Assembly: GCA_905178155.1 (NCBI GenBank) | Contig: CAJINV010000005.1 | Span: 3,757,697-3,821,696 of the forward strand | DNA length: 64,000 nt | Direction: 5' to 3' | Origin: Amoebophrya sp. A120 | Taxonomy: Eukaryota > Protista > Dinoflagellata | Part shown: positions 38,037-52,300 of the stretch, piece after piece | Layout of the letters: each line of letters starts with the position of its first letter | Position numbering within the stretch: the stretch's first letter is position 1 | Program-made: the position numbers and the translations under genes | The notes under the pieces: generated by a model | The model's input: only the letters and a program-made list of their open reading frames with translations | What the model was told of the DNA's origin: nothing | The model's database searches: none

Positions 38037-41000
38037 TCACTCAACACCCCCTCCAGCACCAACTCGAATCTCACACTTCCTCACCACCTCCTTTCCAAAC
38101 ACATCCGCAAGTCTCCGTGGCCCGTCACTCGGCTCGTCGCTGCCGTTGAAGTCCAGACTTATCAAACTCAGGTCTGCATCGGCGTTTCGGAGGAAGTAAA
38201 TCCGTTTTTCGGGAGCATCAAGTTCCACCAAAGCTCTCTCCTGACCAGTCCGCACGCGATCCGTTTCCTGTTCTTCCCCTGTTCTTCCAACCAGCAGCAC
38301 ACTCTCCTCCAACAACAACCCCGCTTGAAACACTTGTCGCAAGTACTGCACGACTTTGCTGCTTTCCGCGGCCGCGCTGGAGAGGTACTCCTGCAAATCC
38401 GCGCTGGTGATGCTTGAATTTGTCTTCTCCTCCCCTTCCGCGCCCGAGACGACGCTTTTGGGCGTACTGGCCCCACCAGCGGATGAAGTCCTCGCGGTCT
38501 TCACTTTGTTCTTCGAAGCCGCTATCTCTTTCAAAATCCCCTGCAAAAACGGCGCGCGTTCGGCGGTGGACGTTGAGGAGCGCTGTGTAGTACTAGCACC
38601 ACAATCCACTTCGGTAGAAAACACCACTAGCATCTCCTGCAAGAACGACAAATCGTCCATGGTTTCCGGGTCCCGCCCGAGCCACCACATGCTGTAATCC
38701 TCGTTCCAATAGATTAAGTTGTCTTCCGACCGATACACCGGCTTCTCCGCCCACATCTCGTTCTCCTCCTGTCGGTAAACGGCGTTGAAGCACGGGAAAT
38801 TGCGGATCTCCACAGCACTTTGCAACAATGCCGTAGTACCAGAAGACGACGACTTCGGGTGGCTCTGCAGTTCGAATTCCTCCTCGATCCTCAAGGATGG
38901 ATTTCTCATGCTGCTGATCGCGTTCGACACTGCAGTTGCGCCACTGTTCACCGCCCCGTGCAACAGTTCATTTGTCGTCGCGGAGCTTGTACTGTCTCGA
39001 TTGGCAGCAGCTCCTTCCGTGAGTAAACCTAAAGACACACTCTGCACACCATTCGGGATCGTTCGGTCAAGGTCGTTGGAGCCGATCCTGTTGGTGCTAC
39101 TGGTCGAGGATGAACCGCTCTTGTCTACAACTTCACCGTTCCTGTACTGCTCCGCAGGCCGGTGAATCAAAGGCGGCTTGGTCGAAGCGGATGATCTTAC
39201 TCTGTTCATCGCAGCACTTTCTTTCGAGTAAGCCGGATGCGTTGAGGAGTCGAAGGCTGTGGAAGAGGCTATCAACTGCAAACATGTCTCGGTCTGGGAG
39301 ATTCCGAAATTTGTCATGCTGTTTTTCCAAGATCCACCAAATCTAGAAAGCAGTGCCTAGCATCACAGGTTCTGCAGCCCCCTTGCGATGCCTATTCTGC
39401 ATGAGAAATGGCGTCTCAGCATGGCCACAAATGGACAGCTTTTGCAAGTCATGCAACACAGTTTTTTGTATGATTCGCAACATGCATCACAAGTTCATCA
39501 CATCCTTCCAGACCCAGACATATTTGCATTTGATAGCGGCGGAGATCGTGCGATGTTGGGAAGTAGTGCCTGAGCTGATCGTGCGAGCACCGCCGGAACC
39601 TTGTATTTGGTCATCCTCGCCGCCGGACCTCAATCGGTAAAACGGGTCCGGATCGGCGTAGTAAATCTCGTCCGGGCTGTTCCGCTTCGCTGGTAACGCC
39701 GGGTTGAGCAGCTTACTGCCCGACGGACTCTCTAGCAGGCGTTGCGTTTCTTTCACCTCGAGTCGCTTTATTGATACTGAGGGTCTGGTGGAGGAGGTGT
39801 TTGGCGATGCATTTCTCGCTTTGGCTTTATTCCCGCCGGATGCGCTAGAGGAAGTAGCGGCATTCGCATTTCGCGACGAAGATGAAACTTTGCTAACATA
39901 GTTCATCGACGAACTACCACCATCGTTCGACGTTTTCTTCACGGCCACACTCGATCGCGCGTTGCGGATTCCCCTACTGGACGCACTCTGACTACCCCCC
40001 GGAAGATAAGGGCCACCGCCGCGGCCGCTTTGACTCCCGCTGCTTTCCGGCGAACTTAAAAGCTGCGGTAAGGGGGAAACGGGCGGGGAGGCCAGTTGCA
40101 CGAAAGAGGTCGAGTTCGTTTTCCGAAGTAGTAACTTTTCATCGTCAAACTCCCGCCCTGCGTACGCCGGCTCTTGCAACTCCTCTCTCGATTTTTTCTT
40201 CTGGAACTGCATCAACTTCGCCACTCCGTGCCGGCTGTGATTCCGGTTACTATTTTGGTTGCTCTGATGTGAAGTTGACCCTTTTGACCCGGCGTCGCTG
40301 GTGAATGTCGAGCTTCCTGGCACCGGGCGCCCGACGTGGTCAAATTCCAACTCTTCGGGATCATCCCGGGCGGAGAAGGAGTTGATGCTCGAAATCGGCG
40401 ACGCTTTGTTCATGTCCGAGAACCGAAAACCGCCGGAAGAGTTATTTAGTAACCCGCTTGTATTTTTCGCGAATAGAAACTCCGTGTCCGGGTTACTATT
40501 GTTCATCACACCGCCGGAAAAAGACTTCAAGTGGTACTCCTCATCCGCAACAGAGGTTGACTGCGGCGTGGCGAGAAGTTTGGTGTTGCCAAACGGAATG
40601 TAGGTCGAGCTGTCCTTGCTGGTCTTCGGCAAACCTGGTTTCAAAGAGGCGGAGGCTGAGGCTGATCTGGTCGAAGACTCGGCCGGCGGCGAGGGATCGG
40701 GAACAACTCTTTTTTGGCGTAGTTTTTGGTGATCCTGGTTCAGTAAATTCGCTGCCTCTGTTGCGGAATGTGGTCGTGCTGGCGCGTCGTGGTCTAAAGA
40801 TATGCAACTCCCGAGGAGCTCCTCTTCCAGCGAGTCTTCCTCTTCCAGGTAGTCGGCGTGGAAATAGGCGTTGTGATTCTGATGTGCACTGGATGGCCGT
40901 CCCGAAGCGGCGGGCGGTAGATCCTGATAGCATTTTTTTTCTCATAGTCATATCATATCGCATGATAAAAGACAGTGGGTATGTTGCAAGTGCTTCGTTT

Positions 41001-44000
41001 AGCATGACAGTCTTTATTCCAAATGACAAAAATGGAGACAAACACCGTGATACCACATCCTCCGTAAACTCTTCCTCATCCAAATCATTCTCGTCGTAAA
41101 AATCCGCAGCCGTGTACGCATGCGTGTAACTGTACTGGGACGGTTGCCGGCCGGAAAACCCAACGTGTTTTCTCGCCCTCGTCCCTGGCGAATCTGCGTT
41201 GCTGGTACTATTTGCCAGAGAACTCTTACTTGCCAAGTAATTCATCTGTTCCGACCTTGACCGCATGGAAGTACCATCGCTCATCTCTCCCTTGCTATCC
41301 TGGTGGAACAGAAACTGGTTTTCGATTTTCACAGGCGGTGGGGAAGTAGAGTCCTCACCCGGAGAGGAGGAGGAAATCGGGACGCTGGAAGATAAAACGC
41401 CACCAAGATTTTTATACTCCTTCGAATCTGCGTGCGCGGCCAAGTAGAGGTCGGTGTCAAGACCATTATTCGTTTTCTGCACAAAATCCGCCAGGTCCGG
41501 GTCGTCCCCTGGTTGTCGCGGGAACAACCCTGCCGCCGTCTCTCCGCCCGACCTCCGTGCAGTAGACGTGGCCCCGTTCGAGGACTCCACCGGGCTGGCC
41601 AGCTTGTCGCTGATTCTAGAGATGCTGCCGTCCACGACCTCCTGAAGCTTTTCTTCAGACGCGGATGCTGCTACATTCCCACCTGCGAGTTGCTCTAGCC
41701 CAGAAGTCTTCACACTCAGCTCTACGGGCGAGTCCTCGGGCTCCTGCTTTACGGGCGACCGGCCTAACGCAGAGGAAATCACTTCGGACACGGAATGTTG
41801 CTGTTGAGAATTATGTTGCGCTTGATCTTCTTCGAAATCATCTTTCTCCTTTACCTTCGCATGACCAGCACTGTCCGGCGAGTTCATCCCGGGCAGAGGC
41901 GGTAATCCCGGGGAAGATTGGATCATCGACGCCGACGCTAGGTGTTTGATGCCCTCCAGTGCCGTGTGCCACCAACTGGTCGCGCTGCTGGAAGACGACC
42001 CGCCCTTTTGCTGGTTTTGCAGGTACCGGTTAGGGGAGAGTGGTGGGGCCGCGGCGGGGGGTTCCTGTTTTGCAGCAGCAGAGGACTCCTGAGCGTCTTC
42101 TTTACTTTTGTTGCATGATCCTCCTTCGGCTCCTCTCGGAAAAGTCCCAGGGTCGGCTCCGCTTGCCGGAACTTGCGAAGAAGTAGACGATATTTTTGCA
42201 GTAGATTCCCCACTAATATCCGCAGGCATAAAATCCGTTCTCGATGACCGCACCGCCGCGCCCGCTCCTTTCTTCCAGAGTATCGCCGCCTTCGTTCTGA
42301 CTGCTCTGGTTGAAGACGCGGGCGACTTGCTCTTCTGCTTGGAGTGAGTCTCGTCATCATCTACTTGCTCGGTATTTATTCTGGATCGTGGTTCTTTCAT
42401 CTTGGTATTAGAATTCGCATTTGGATAGTGCAGCAGCGCGTGTCGCCACCTCCAATACGTGTTGGCAGTCACCCGGCTCGTCACGGATTGCAAAGTGTTC
42501 ACCAGAACCGGCAATTGCTTCTTCACGTGCACGGCGCGCTTTTCCCGGGCCAGATACTCCGCTTTGCGACGCGCGTGGAGGGCAAGCTGATTTTGTTTTT
42601 GTGCGTGAAATGAAATAATGAACAAGGAGCCTTGCAGCAAGTGACATGAACTAGATTCACGCACACACTTGCAATTATCGTAACTCACGACTGCAGAGCA
42701 CGAGCAGCATCATGCAAGACAAATCATCGCACAACGAACTACCTGCTCCTCCCTCTTTTTCAACTCCGGCTGAAAAAAGAAGCCGTTCCTCCCCTTGCAA
42801 CAGTACGACAACAGCGCATCTGATTTCCCCGACGTGTTGTCCTGCCAGTGTAGAAACGCTTGCAATTTCCGCTCCCGAAAGAGCTTCCCGAGCACCTTCC
42901 CCCCTAAGTGAGAGGCACCCAGCAAATACTGTTTCTTTTCCGCGAGAAAGTCCAGTTGTCTTCGCACGGTGAGGATCTTCTCGTGGAAATCCTGCTCCAC
43001 TCCGAACAGCCTGTGTGTGAGTTCCTGCTTTGTCAAGCCCTTCGTCTGCTTCACCTTGTGGACGATCGCCGTCCGCTCCCGCTCGCGGTTTTCGATGATT
43101 ACTTCGAACCGGTTTGCCGCCTGTCGGTTCTTCTGCAGCAGCGGCTCCAGGTAGAGTTTCTGGAGTCTCCAATCGTGGAAGCAGCTTCGCAGTGCCTCGA
43201 GCTTGTTCCGCGCGGCCGAGCGAAACAAGCCGCGGTTTAACTTTTCAAACACCCCGGCCAAACGGCTTTGCTCGAGCAAAAACTCCCTCGGGGGAACGAG
43301 GGAGAAGGGGACGGAGCGCAACCCCTCGAGGTCCACGTCCAGGGTGATTGGTTTCGGAGAACCCGCGAAGCTGCGGCTGTGCCCGGTGAGGGCAGCGGGA
43401 GACTGATTGATGTAGTTCGCAAACGTTTTGATACCGAATTCCAGCTTGAAAAAGTACACACGTTCGTATAATATTCTGACAGAGAACAAGAGGTAGAGGA
43501 CCTATCAAAACGCCCCAGTAATGAGACATCCAAACACAAGCGCCCACAGATTTCTCAAAAAAAAACTCGGCACTTCCACCATACCATCCCCCCACTGACG
43601 ACCAGTCCCGGCACCAGTGGTTGCATCACCGGCAACGATGGGGCTCTGATCGGCATCGTTCCCAACAGTGGCCCCCCGGAGAGGAACCGTTCGTACGGTG
43701 TGAGGAAGTTCATTTCGTCTTCTACCTCGGCCATCTCCTCCTCAAGAAACGGGTGCGTCTGGTCAAACATGAACGTGTCCTGCTGACGATTGTAGTTCAA
43801 GATCTCTTCGTCGAAATAGTTGTCATGCGGATGTTGATCTTGAACAAGGCTCATGTCATGACTTGCGTTAATATGATTTCCGTTGTAGTTCTTCCCTGTA
43901 CTAATTGATGTTCCCATCGTGGTCGCCTGTCGTTCCAAAAGTTCCTCCGCCTGGAACTCGTCGAAATCTTCCATCAGCCACCCCGCTGACGGATTCGAGG

Positions 44001-44466
44001 TTGCGTTGCTGACCTGCACAGGGCGGGGGATTTTTGTCCTATTCGCTGGATCATGATCATGTAGCTGATCTAGTCCTCGTCGAGACGAATGATTCGAAGC
44101 GATATCCACCTCTTGCTGACTATAGCCACCAGTAGACCCCTTCGAAGAGGACTGCGGTAGCTCGCGGTAAAAATCGAAGGCGTCATCTTCCGGCGCGAGC
44201 ACGACATTCGTGCTGCTGTTCTTCACGCGCAGCGGCTTCATGCGGTAATTCAGCTTCTCGTTGTAGAACATGTAGTGCGGTTTGGTTACTTGTGCAGAAG
44301 TAGACGAGGACGAGGAGCTGCCGCCCGCTTGCGTTGAAGTAGAGAGCTGTGGTGGCGGCAGCCACACGTTTGGGTGCGGGTGCGCGGTCGTGGCGGGAGG
44401 GCCGGTAGGGCGAGGGTGGTAATGGTTTCCCTCGGCCGCGAGGCCGGGAGTCGTGAAGGCGGTCAT
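38037..44466 (-). CDS. large multi-exon hypothetical protein, Ser-rich, with a coiled-coil segment
   Basis: ORFs join in frame through GT-AG introns 43445-43584, 42587-42742, 40924-41053 and the introner at 39270-39535; start at MTAFTTPG (44466) is a best guess. Confidence 0.72.
39270..39535. mobile_element. introner, family B
   Basis: TATCAACTGCAAACATGTCTCGGTCTGG ... CCAGACCCAGACATATTTGCATTTGATA; flanks GAGGC/GCGGC; removal fuses ORFs 39487-40644 and 38037-39317 in frame. Confidence 0.9.
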
Positions 44467-45099
44467 GAGTTGTACCAGCAAAGATTGACGAAAGTAATCA
44501 ATATCAAAACCAAGAGGCTGAAGAAATAACTGCAACGCGCGACACTGCAGTAAGCACAATATAAGCGTTTATTCCGTAATAGAGGCGTACATAATCTACA
44601 GCAGAGCGCTTCTCCTGCGCAGCAGCCGCTCAACCGGTGCGGCCAATCGCGTGCGACAAAGAATTCCTTCAGGCATTGAGATTGATTCGGATTCCACTTC
44701 CGTGCAAAGAAAACACACACAGACGAAAAAAAAGAGGCTCGCCACAGCTCCAGCAGGAGCCCACTCGCGTTCCCCTCCACTGGAAAAAGATTTCTCTTTG
44801 AAGAAGATCTTTCTTCCGAATAGAATGGCTGTCGCTCAGAAAAATAGAAACTTAAACACAAATTCGTGGCTTCGCCCGCAACGAAGGTGATAGACCACGA
44901 AACGCATTTTGAATTTGATATACACCAGCAACACTTGCACCACTCGTTAAGCTTTCTAGAAGAGGCTCTTCGCGAAAAATGCATAGCAATCATTTAAGGT
45001 ATTGCCGCTTTTCGCATGCAGCTCGAACACCTCTAGACCCCCACCTCGAGAACCAGATTCCATACGGCTTCCAACCGAAGTTGGCGCGCCACCGCTCGC

Positions 45100-46620
45100 A
45101 CGAATCAGCGAAGGAAAAGGAAACGCGCGGCAGAGACGACGCGAACCGAGCGACAATATCAAGCAAGGCAGGTCATCGGGCCCGCCGGCGCAGTGGCCGA
45201 AAACACCACAAGCCACGGCCGACACGCGGCCGGCAGCAATCCCAATGGCCACCGCGCGACCGGGCGGCAGCCGTCCCAATAAGTGTGCGAATGACCCCCG
45301 GGAAGGGTGGGCGCCTGCAACATCCATGGCGCCACACAACATCGCTCCCCCCCTACTTTTTGCCGGACGCCGGCCCGGGCCAGCCGCCAGGCCGGCCGGC
45401 GGCGTCTGCGAGTCAATGAATGCCCGAACACACGCGGCGCGCGCCAGTCTATCGGCCGGAGGGAGGTCGACGGCAAGGAGGGCCGCCCCCGATCCCCCGG
45501 CCCGGCCTGCCGCGGGCGGCCCTTGGAGGGCCGCCCCAAGTGGGGTCGCTGCGCAACGGACCACGCAGGGCGCTGGTCGCATACACCTGGGCCGGCTCCT
45601 TTTTATCCCTGTCCCGTGTCCGCGGCGTGATGGCCTTCGCGGGGCCACCGAAGAAAAACCCCACCCCGAACACCTCGGCCCCGGTGCGGCGCGCGCTGCT
45701 AAGGCCCCCGCGGGCCGCGCGCATGCCTTTTGCCGGACTCCAAGGCCCCGCGGGCCAAACAAAAGCGCAGCAGGCCGCCCGGCTGCCGCGCCAATTCGAA
45801 CCCTCTTGCCCCAGCATAGTCAGCAAGCCGAGGGGGGCGCCAGCCCCGCCGCGTCGCGGCGGCTTCGCGAGGGAGGTAGGCCCCCCAAGGCTGAAACGCC
45901 TGCGGCCTTTTTTGCGCAGGGCTTTGGCCCTGTGCGCCAGGAGTCTGGCGCGCTGCTTGGCGGCCTTGTTTCGCGCGGCGTCTGCGGCCAGCTCCTCGCG
46001 GTGCCGCGTGCCCAGCGCGGCGCATCTCGTTCGGCAGGGCGGGGGCATGCTGCCAGCAATTCCCCATTGCTTTTTCGGCGAATTTTTCTTGCTTCAGAGC
46101 CTAGGGAGACACTTGCTGGCCCCGCCGTCTAAAAGCCAAAGCGCTTCGCTTCGGAAAGGAATCCAGCGCCCTCGGCCCCACCTTCTCGAGGCCCTGCAAA
46201 CTGCACGCGACGGCCTTCCCAGATCTTTACAATGCCGGCCGCCTGTTAACCCCTCCGCCAGAAAGAGCGGCGTGCGCGGGATGGCCCGCGCTGTTTCCGG
46301 GGCGCGCAAGCGGTGGCACCGTGGCAGGAGAAGCTCGCCGCCGCCTGGGAGCGAGGGGCGGGCGGCCGCTCAGCCCGGCTCCGCGGCGGCTTGCGCGAAC
46401 ATGCGGGATCAACCACGCGCCCCCCATTTCCGCCAGCAGCTTCCCGACCGCCCGCCGCGCGCGCGCCCACTCGGGAAGAGGCCCGGCCGCATGCCGCTGC
46501 CGCAGCAACATCATGGGCGCCCCCCGCCATTTGGCCAAAGCCAGCGGACATCTGCCGAGCGCGCCGCGACTTTTCCAAGCGCAGGCTGGCCCCTCCGCTT
46601 GGGCCTAGCATTAACATGCG
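45100..46620. other. second GC-rich intergenic island
   Basis: same composition as 36100-37660; overlapping low-complexity ORFs on both strands. Confidence 0.45.
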
Positions 46621-48015
46621 GACAGGCTTTTGGCCGCTGAAGACTTCCAAAGACCCGAATCACGACGCAAGTTGCGAACTGGTGGAACACATTTGGATGG
46701 ACAGCTTGGCGCCCGGGGCAAATGCAGTTTCATTCTCAAGCAAGTATCTCGTACGGAGGTCCCGAAAAGACAACAAGTGCCATTTCATGAAGAAGAGAAA
46801 AGCATTTGCACATATACAACATTTTCCGTTCGCGGACTACAGTGATCGAGTTACTTCTTCAAACAGTCGTGTAGCAAGCAGCAAATTTTCCAAATCCTTT
46901 TCGATGTTTAAACCACAAGGAGGTACAAAATCGAAAACGAAAACCTCTCAAGGCACAAGAAATAGCATCTATAGAAGTGTCTCATGAACAAAAAAAAAAA
47001 AGTCTTGTCAAAAAAGAAAAACTGGATCTTGAAAGACTAAAGAAACTACATCTAGAATTTGCATTACGTGGGGAGGGTTCACGTACTTGCTCAGTATCAT
47101 CAGTTTTTGTCTTTAACTTTATTCTCGAAAAATAGTACATCTGTCATCGCATCGTATCTACTCGGGCGGTTGCTGGCAGGACATAAAATTAATTCGGTAG
47201 CCTTTTGGTTTGTGATGTGAGATGTTGCTTCGGCTGGTCCCTTCTTGCTGGCTGATATTTTTTCACTGTATTCTTGAAGGTCAATACTAATGTCGTCTCC
47301 TTCATGGCGTGGTTTGCGGCCCGACGTTGGTGTTCTTGCTTCTCCTGTCGTATCCTATCGTATCTCCGCGGAACGTCGGCGCCAGAAGGACGACAATGTG
47401 CTGCATCAATGTACATAAATAGCAACAAAAATCGTTGTTGAAGGTCCCATAAGATTTTTGTTTTCCACGTTGTTGAATATTTGTTGTATAATTTCGAAAC
47501 TGACTATTGAAACGAGGAGTTGTAATTTCACGGAGGACTAAGATGCTGAGGCTTCGTTTTTGTGGTCCTTTCCTCGTTCTCTATCTCTGGGTTGTAATAA
47601 TTTTGTAGTATCATATATTTCCGTGATTTTACAGCTTCAAGCAATTATCCTAGGCATTTACAAGATTGTCAAAATTGTGGTGGCGGTATTTTAAAGCGAA
47701 ACCATCAGTAAAAGGTTCCTCTGTGAATCGCTTGGTCTTGGTTTAGCTGGTGGCCACTGCAAAATCATATCACGGCAAATTTTCAATGAAGGAGTCGTCA
47801 GCCCAAGCAGTGCGATAAACGAGTAGAAGAGAAAGGACTCTGTCACATTTTTTGTACATACGTGTTTCTAGTAGCGGCGTCTGAATTGAAACGCTCCTGC
47901 AGCTGGAAAGAACATTTGATCACATTCCTGGCATCATGATGTCGATGTTTGTCGGCGCACCTGCAGCGGAAGGTTTAAAAAAATCCATCAACCCGGAAAA
48001 TAAACTGCACTCCAA

Positions 48016-49213
48016 TCACGCCAAGGCCGGCACTGAAGCTTCTCCTGCTGCACCCCCGGCAGCAGTTACTCCCGCAGATACCGAAGTAACCGCCTGTGGG
48101 CCTCCACATTGCAGCCCCGATGTCAGCCGTCCCTCGGTCTTCTTCGCGCCCTCGTACTCCTGCCAGAGAAGGGAAAACTCGTGGTTGAACTTCTCAAACA
48201 GGATTTCGTGGTTCTTCAACACGACAATGTTCTCCATGTTCCGGTTGGCGGCGCCGCTGGTCCAGTTGAAAGAGCCCGTGATCAAGTATTTGTTTCTGTC
48301 AATCACCACGAATTTGTGGTGCATCCGGGCTTTGTTTTCGTAATGTTCCTCGTAGTCCTGGGTGTGCGACCGCCGGATCTCGAAATTGAATCTCTCGAAG
48401 GACTTCAGAAAGTTGGTCAGTCTTTCCGCGTACTCTTCGGTTGCCGTCACGACGCTTTCCTCTTGGTCCTCCTCATCTAGATCGTAGTCGTAATGGTCCG
48501 GATGCTTCGTCCACCGCTGGTAAATCTCGTTTTCCAGATTGCCTTTTCGTAGCATGTTCAGCGGGCCGGTGCGGTGCTTGCTCTGATGCCGGAGCTTCTT
48601 CTGCTCGGCGAGAAGGGAGTCTCGCAGCTCATAGACCTGATGAACAGTCCAAATCACGGCCACATCTCCGATCTTTATTTTTTCCATAAAACCCCTACTT
48701 CTCCAATGGCAACGTAGCGACTAGTCCTGCAAAAGCTATCGCCATGCGTGACGCAAAACAATAAATAGACAGACGCTAATGACAGTCATCATCAAGAACT
48801 TTGACTTCCATATTTTCTCATACCAGTGTCTTCGCCTTTCCCCGCTCCGTTTTTGATTCCGTCAGCATGTTGTTGTCGACAGTGATCCGGACCCGCAGCC
48901 AGGGTCTGTGGGACAGTAAATCCGTCAAAGTTTCCACCATTTCTTCTTCCTCCAACTGGTGCATAGCCATGTCAATGGACTCTTCCGCTTGCCAAAAGAT
49001 TCTTTTCAATTTGTTCAGCATGGCCTTTTTATCCACCTGGTCCTTCTCTGCTTTCGTCTGCTTATGTGCAACCCGGTCTTCCGGGAAGAAAAGAACGTCT
49101 TCGACGACTTGGTTTTTGTTGCTTGTCGCAGGTCGTGCAGAGGATGTTGATGAGCCGGGAGCCTGTATTGATTTGAACCCTTGGTCATGAGATGAAGCAT
49201 TTTCCTCTTCCAA
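48016..49213 (-). CDS. PLD-superfamily domain (Nuc/Zucchini/MitoPLD-like), second copy; possibly the 3' exons of the upstream gene
   Basis: DVLFFP...AEESIDMAM...VRITVD then MHHKFVVID...LITGSFNWT...NMEN; probable intron 48673-48823. Confidence 0.8.
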
Positions 49214-49345
49214 GCAAGCAAGTCTAGTAAGACTAAGAAGGAATGTGCAACAAATGCACGAATCCTGCTGAGCAAATTTGTTGCTTCACCATTCCAAATG
49301 CAAAAAAGAACAAATGCAGACAACTGAATCATAGGATCGGGCGAC

Positions 49346-52300
49346 TTAGAAAAACTCGCTCTGATCATGTACCTCCGCAGCCACGACACCGCTTTCAGTA
49401 TCAAACGCGTTTTTCACGCACGTCCTCCTATTGTACACGTTCGCTGCCGCCCAACGGTCGATCAGTGTTCGGTCTTTCTCGACAATTTCTGTCATCGATT
49501 CCCAGGTTTCGACTAAAATCGTCTCCTGTGCCTGTTTTGTCAGCCGCCCGTCTCTCGTGAAAGATCTCCGGAGCTGGGCGGGACGAGGAAGACGGATCAC
49601 CGGAATTGGGGTCGTGGAGGAAGCTGTTGTAGAGGTGGCAACTAGCGCCAGGGAAGTGGTGGAGCCTGCAGGGTCACCACCACGGTCGGTTGATGTTGTA
49701 ACAAGTTGTTCTAGAGCAGTACTAGAATGATCTTGATGCAGCAGCACGCCCTCGCTGTTCAGAGTCAAATTCCTCGGCGCGTTTTCACTGGTGCGGCACG
49801 ACTGGTGTCGTGATGTTTCATCTCTTGCATCGATCATGTTGTCTACCCGTTGCTGCTGCTCAAGACCCGTAGTTGCGTCGTGGCCTACTGCTTCATCTTC
49901 GCACAAAGCCATTCGCATCTCCTGCTCCCGGACGAAAGCCGCGTAGAAGAAGCGGTGGCCGAGGGTGTATTTTGCTAAGTGCGCTGGGTCCCGGAACCGC
50001 ATGTCGAATTCGCGGATGTAGCGGGTAATCGCGTGCTCGTCACGAAGAACAACAACGTTTTCACGGTTCCACTCGAAGCCCGGGACTGTTTATGTGGGAT
50101 TTTTGACAGTGAAGATGTAGTTCTACAGCTGATTTCTACACTTTTAGTACCATTGCACTCAAAATATACATGATATAACAAAACCAAGAACCAGAATAGA
50201 GCGGCTTTCATTGTGTTTTTTTACACAACTTCCGCGATAGCAGCGCTCGCATTCCTGGTCCTGACACTACTACAGCATAATTACAAGCTTCTGCATTATA
50301 CCTGTCAAGTTCAGGCTCCCGGTCAGCACGAACAAGCCGTCGATGATGATAAATTTGCTGTGCATCCCTCGGTATTCGCCCTGGTAAATCAGCGTGACCG
50401 GAATCCCGTTGTCCAGAAACCGTTGGTACAGCTGGCGCATGCCGGGGTTGCTCGCCTGACGAGAATCTACCAAAATCCGTACGTGAACCTTTCTGTCCAT
50501 CACCGCTTTGTTGATTTCCTGTTCCACGTCTTTGTCTGTCATGACCCACATGGCAATATCGATCCACCGCTTGGCGTCTTTCAAATACTGGAGAACTTTC
50601 TTTTTGTTTTCCACGCCAGACCTTGTTGCGCGGCTGAAGTCGTTCTCCGTGTTCACTTCGGGAATTGAAGTTGTTGTGAGAGTCAGAGATGTCATGAGCA
50701 CAGAGAGGGGCGTGCTGTCACTCCAAGCGATGCTGGTCTTTTTATTTTGTGAAAATTTGGCATGTGTGGCGGAGGAAGAGCTGCTTGAACTACTGCTGCT
50801 GCTAGTACTCGAGGACGAACTACTAGATGACGAAGTCCCGGCAGCGCTTCCGGAGGAGACAGAGATGGTTTCATCCGACGCGACTTGCTGCATTCTATCA
50901 CCGGCGCTTTCATTTTGGGCATAGTGACTTGTGTCGCCCCGACTCCCTCGACGCGAGCTTGTGTCGTTCCGAATCGCAACGTCTGTCATGCACGTACTGG
51001 TAACCGAGCTGGTTTCGGCCTGATCGCCGCCGAATTTCAACGCTTTTTTCGCCAGAAAACTTCTCGCAAACTTCGCTGCTTCCTCGGAGCACTCGTGACT
51101 CGCCTCCGGCATGTCATAGACAGACGGGAGCAGCTCTTCGAGGAGGTTTGGCGAATTCATTGCATCATCATCTTCTTCCTCGAGCTGCTCCAGCTTCACG
51201 GGAACAAGCAGGGAACTAGGATGGGGCTCTTTTGCAATATCTCCAAATGAAGGAGCGGCGCGCTTGGTGTCTCTTTTGCTATTATTTGCGGCCGAAGACG
51301 ACGAAGGTGCAGCGGCAGCTGTTGCTCGTGCTCCCCTGTCTGTTGACCCGAAAAAGAAAGATTTCTTGTTTGCAGTGGCCACTTCCTGTTGCACCGCCGC
51401 CTGGATCTGCATGTCGCTTTCGTTTTTATCATCTTCTGTGTCTTGATGTTCCCTTGGGGGCAGCTCGATTTGCGGCATGGAGTTGTAGATATGTGGCAGC
51501 AAGTGAGCCATTGACGATGGACTCGACCCTGCAGCGGAGGAAGCCGCTAGAGGAGAGCTCGGCGGAAGAGTCGTCGACGCGTTGGAGAAACTTCTGGCTC
51601 TGTTCTTGTTCTTCCCGTTCCCCGAAATAAGTGCATGGGGATTGATCAACATTGAGTTCCTCGACGTCGATCCGGTTGTGCTGCTATTATCGTCCTCCAA
51701 AAAAGACGAAGCCATCGAATTCATTCGCTGCCTACTTGGGACTGACGTCACGGGTGAAACAGGTTCCTTCTCAATGATCTCCGCATCTACGTCCCCAAAC
51801 TCCTCCACCGCTTCTACCGGATTGAAAAAAAGCACGTCCGCGATCGCGTTCTCCGCAGTTTTCACCAACACGACATCTTCGTCTCGGTCGCCCTGCAGTC
51901 GGTAATTTTCCAGCAGTTCCCTTGCCGACATCCTGCGCTCGTGCGCCTTCCGGTTGAAATAACGACTGTGGACAGTTGTGTAGTCGGGTTCCTGATCCTG
52001 CTGCGTGGATAGAGGTTGTGCAGGAGAGGACGAGCTGGATATAATTGCCGCTGTGGAAACGGAATTTCTTACGGGAACTGGAGCCAGAGGCTGACTTGAA
52101 GCTATAACGGTAGTCGTGGCGCTCGTGCCGGCTCCGCTGCTTGAAGTGGTGGTGCTCGGAGCTGCCGTGTGCGTTCCTGTGCGGCCGGTTTTGAAAGACG
52201 AGGAACTCCTCCGTCTTTTTCTGTTTTCTTCGATTGCCGTGGCCACGTTCCAGCCCGCTAACCGCAACGAGTTCACTGCTCGCCTCCTCTGTTTCGACGT

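Noticed and set aside
29754-39535. Recurring TCCAGACCCAGACAT as a CRISPR-like array
   Set aside because: Copies come as inverted pairs about 250 bp apart with irregular spacing; they are introner TIRs and no cas genes are present.
45002-46640. Long plus-strand ORFs of 376 and 406 aa
   Set aside because: Arg/Pro/Ala/Gly-rich ORFs occur in several overlapping frames, as expected from extreme GC content; no domain recognised.
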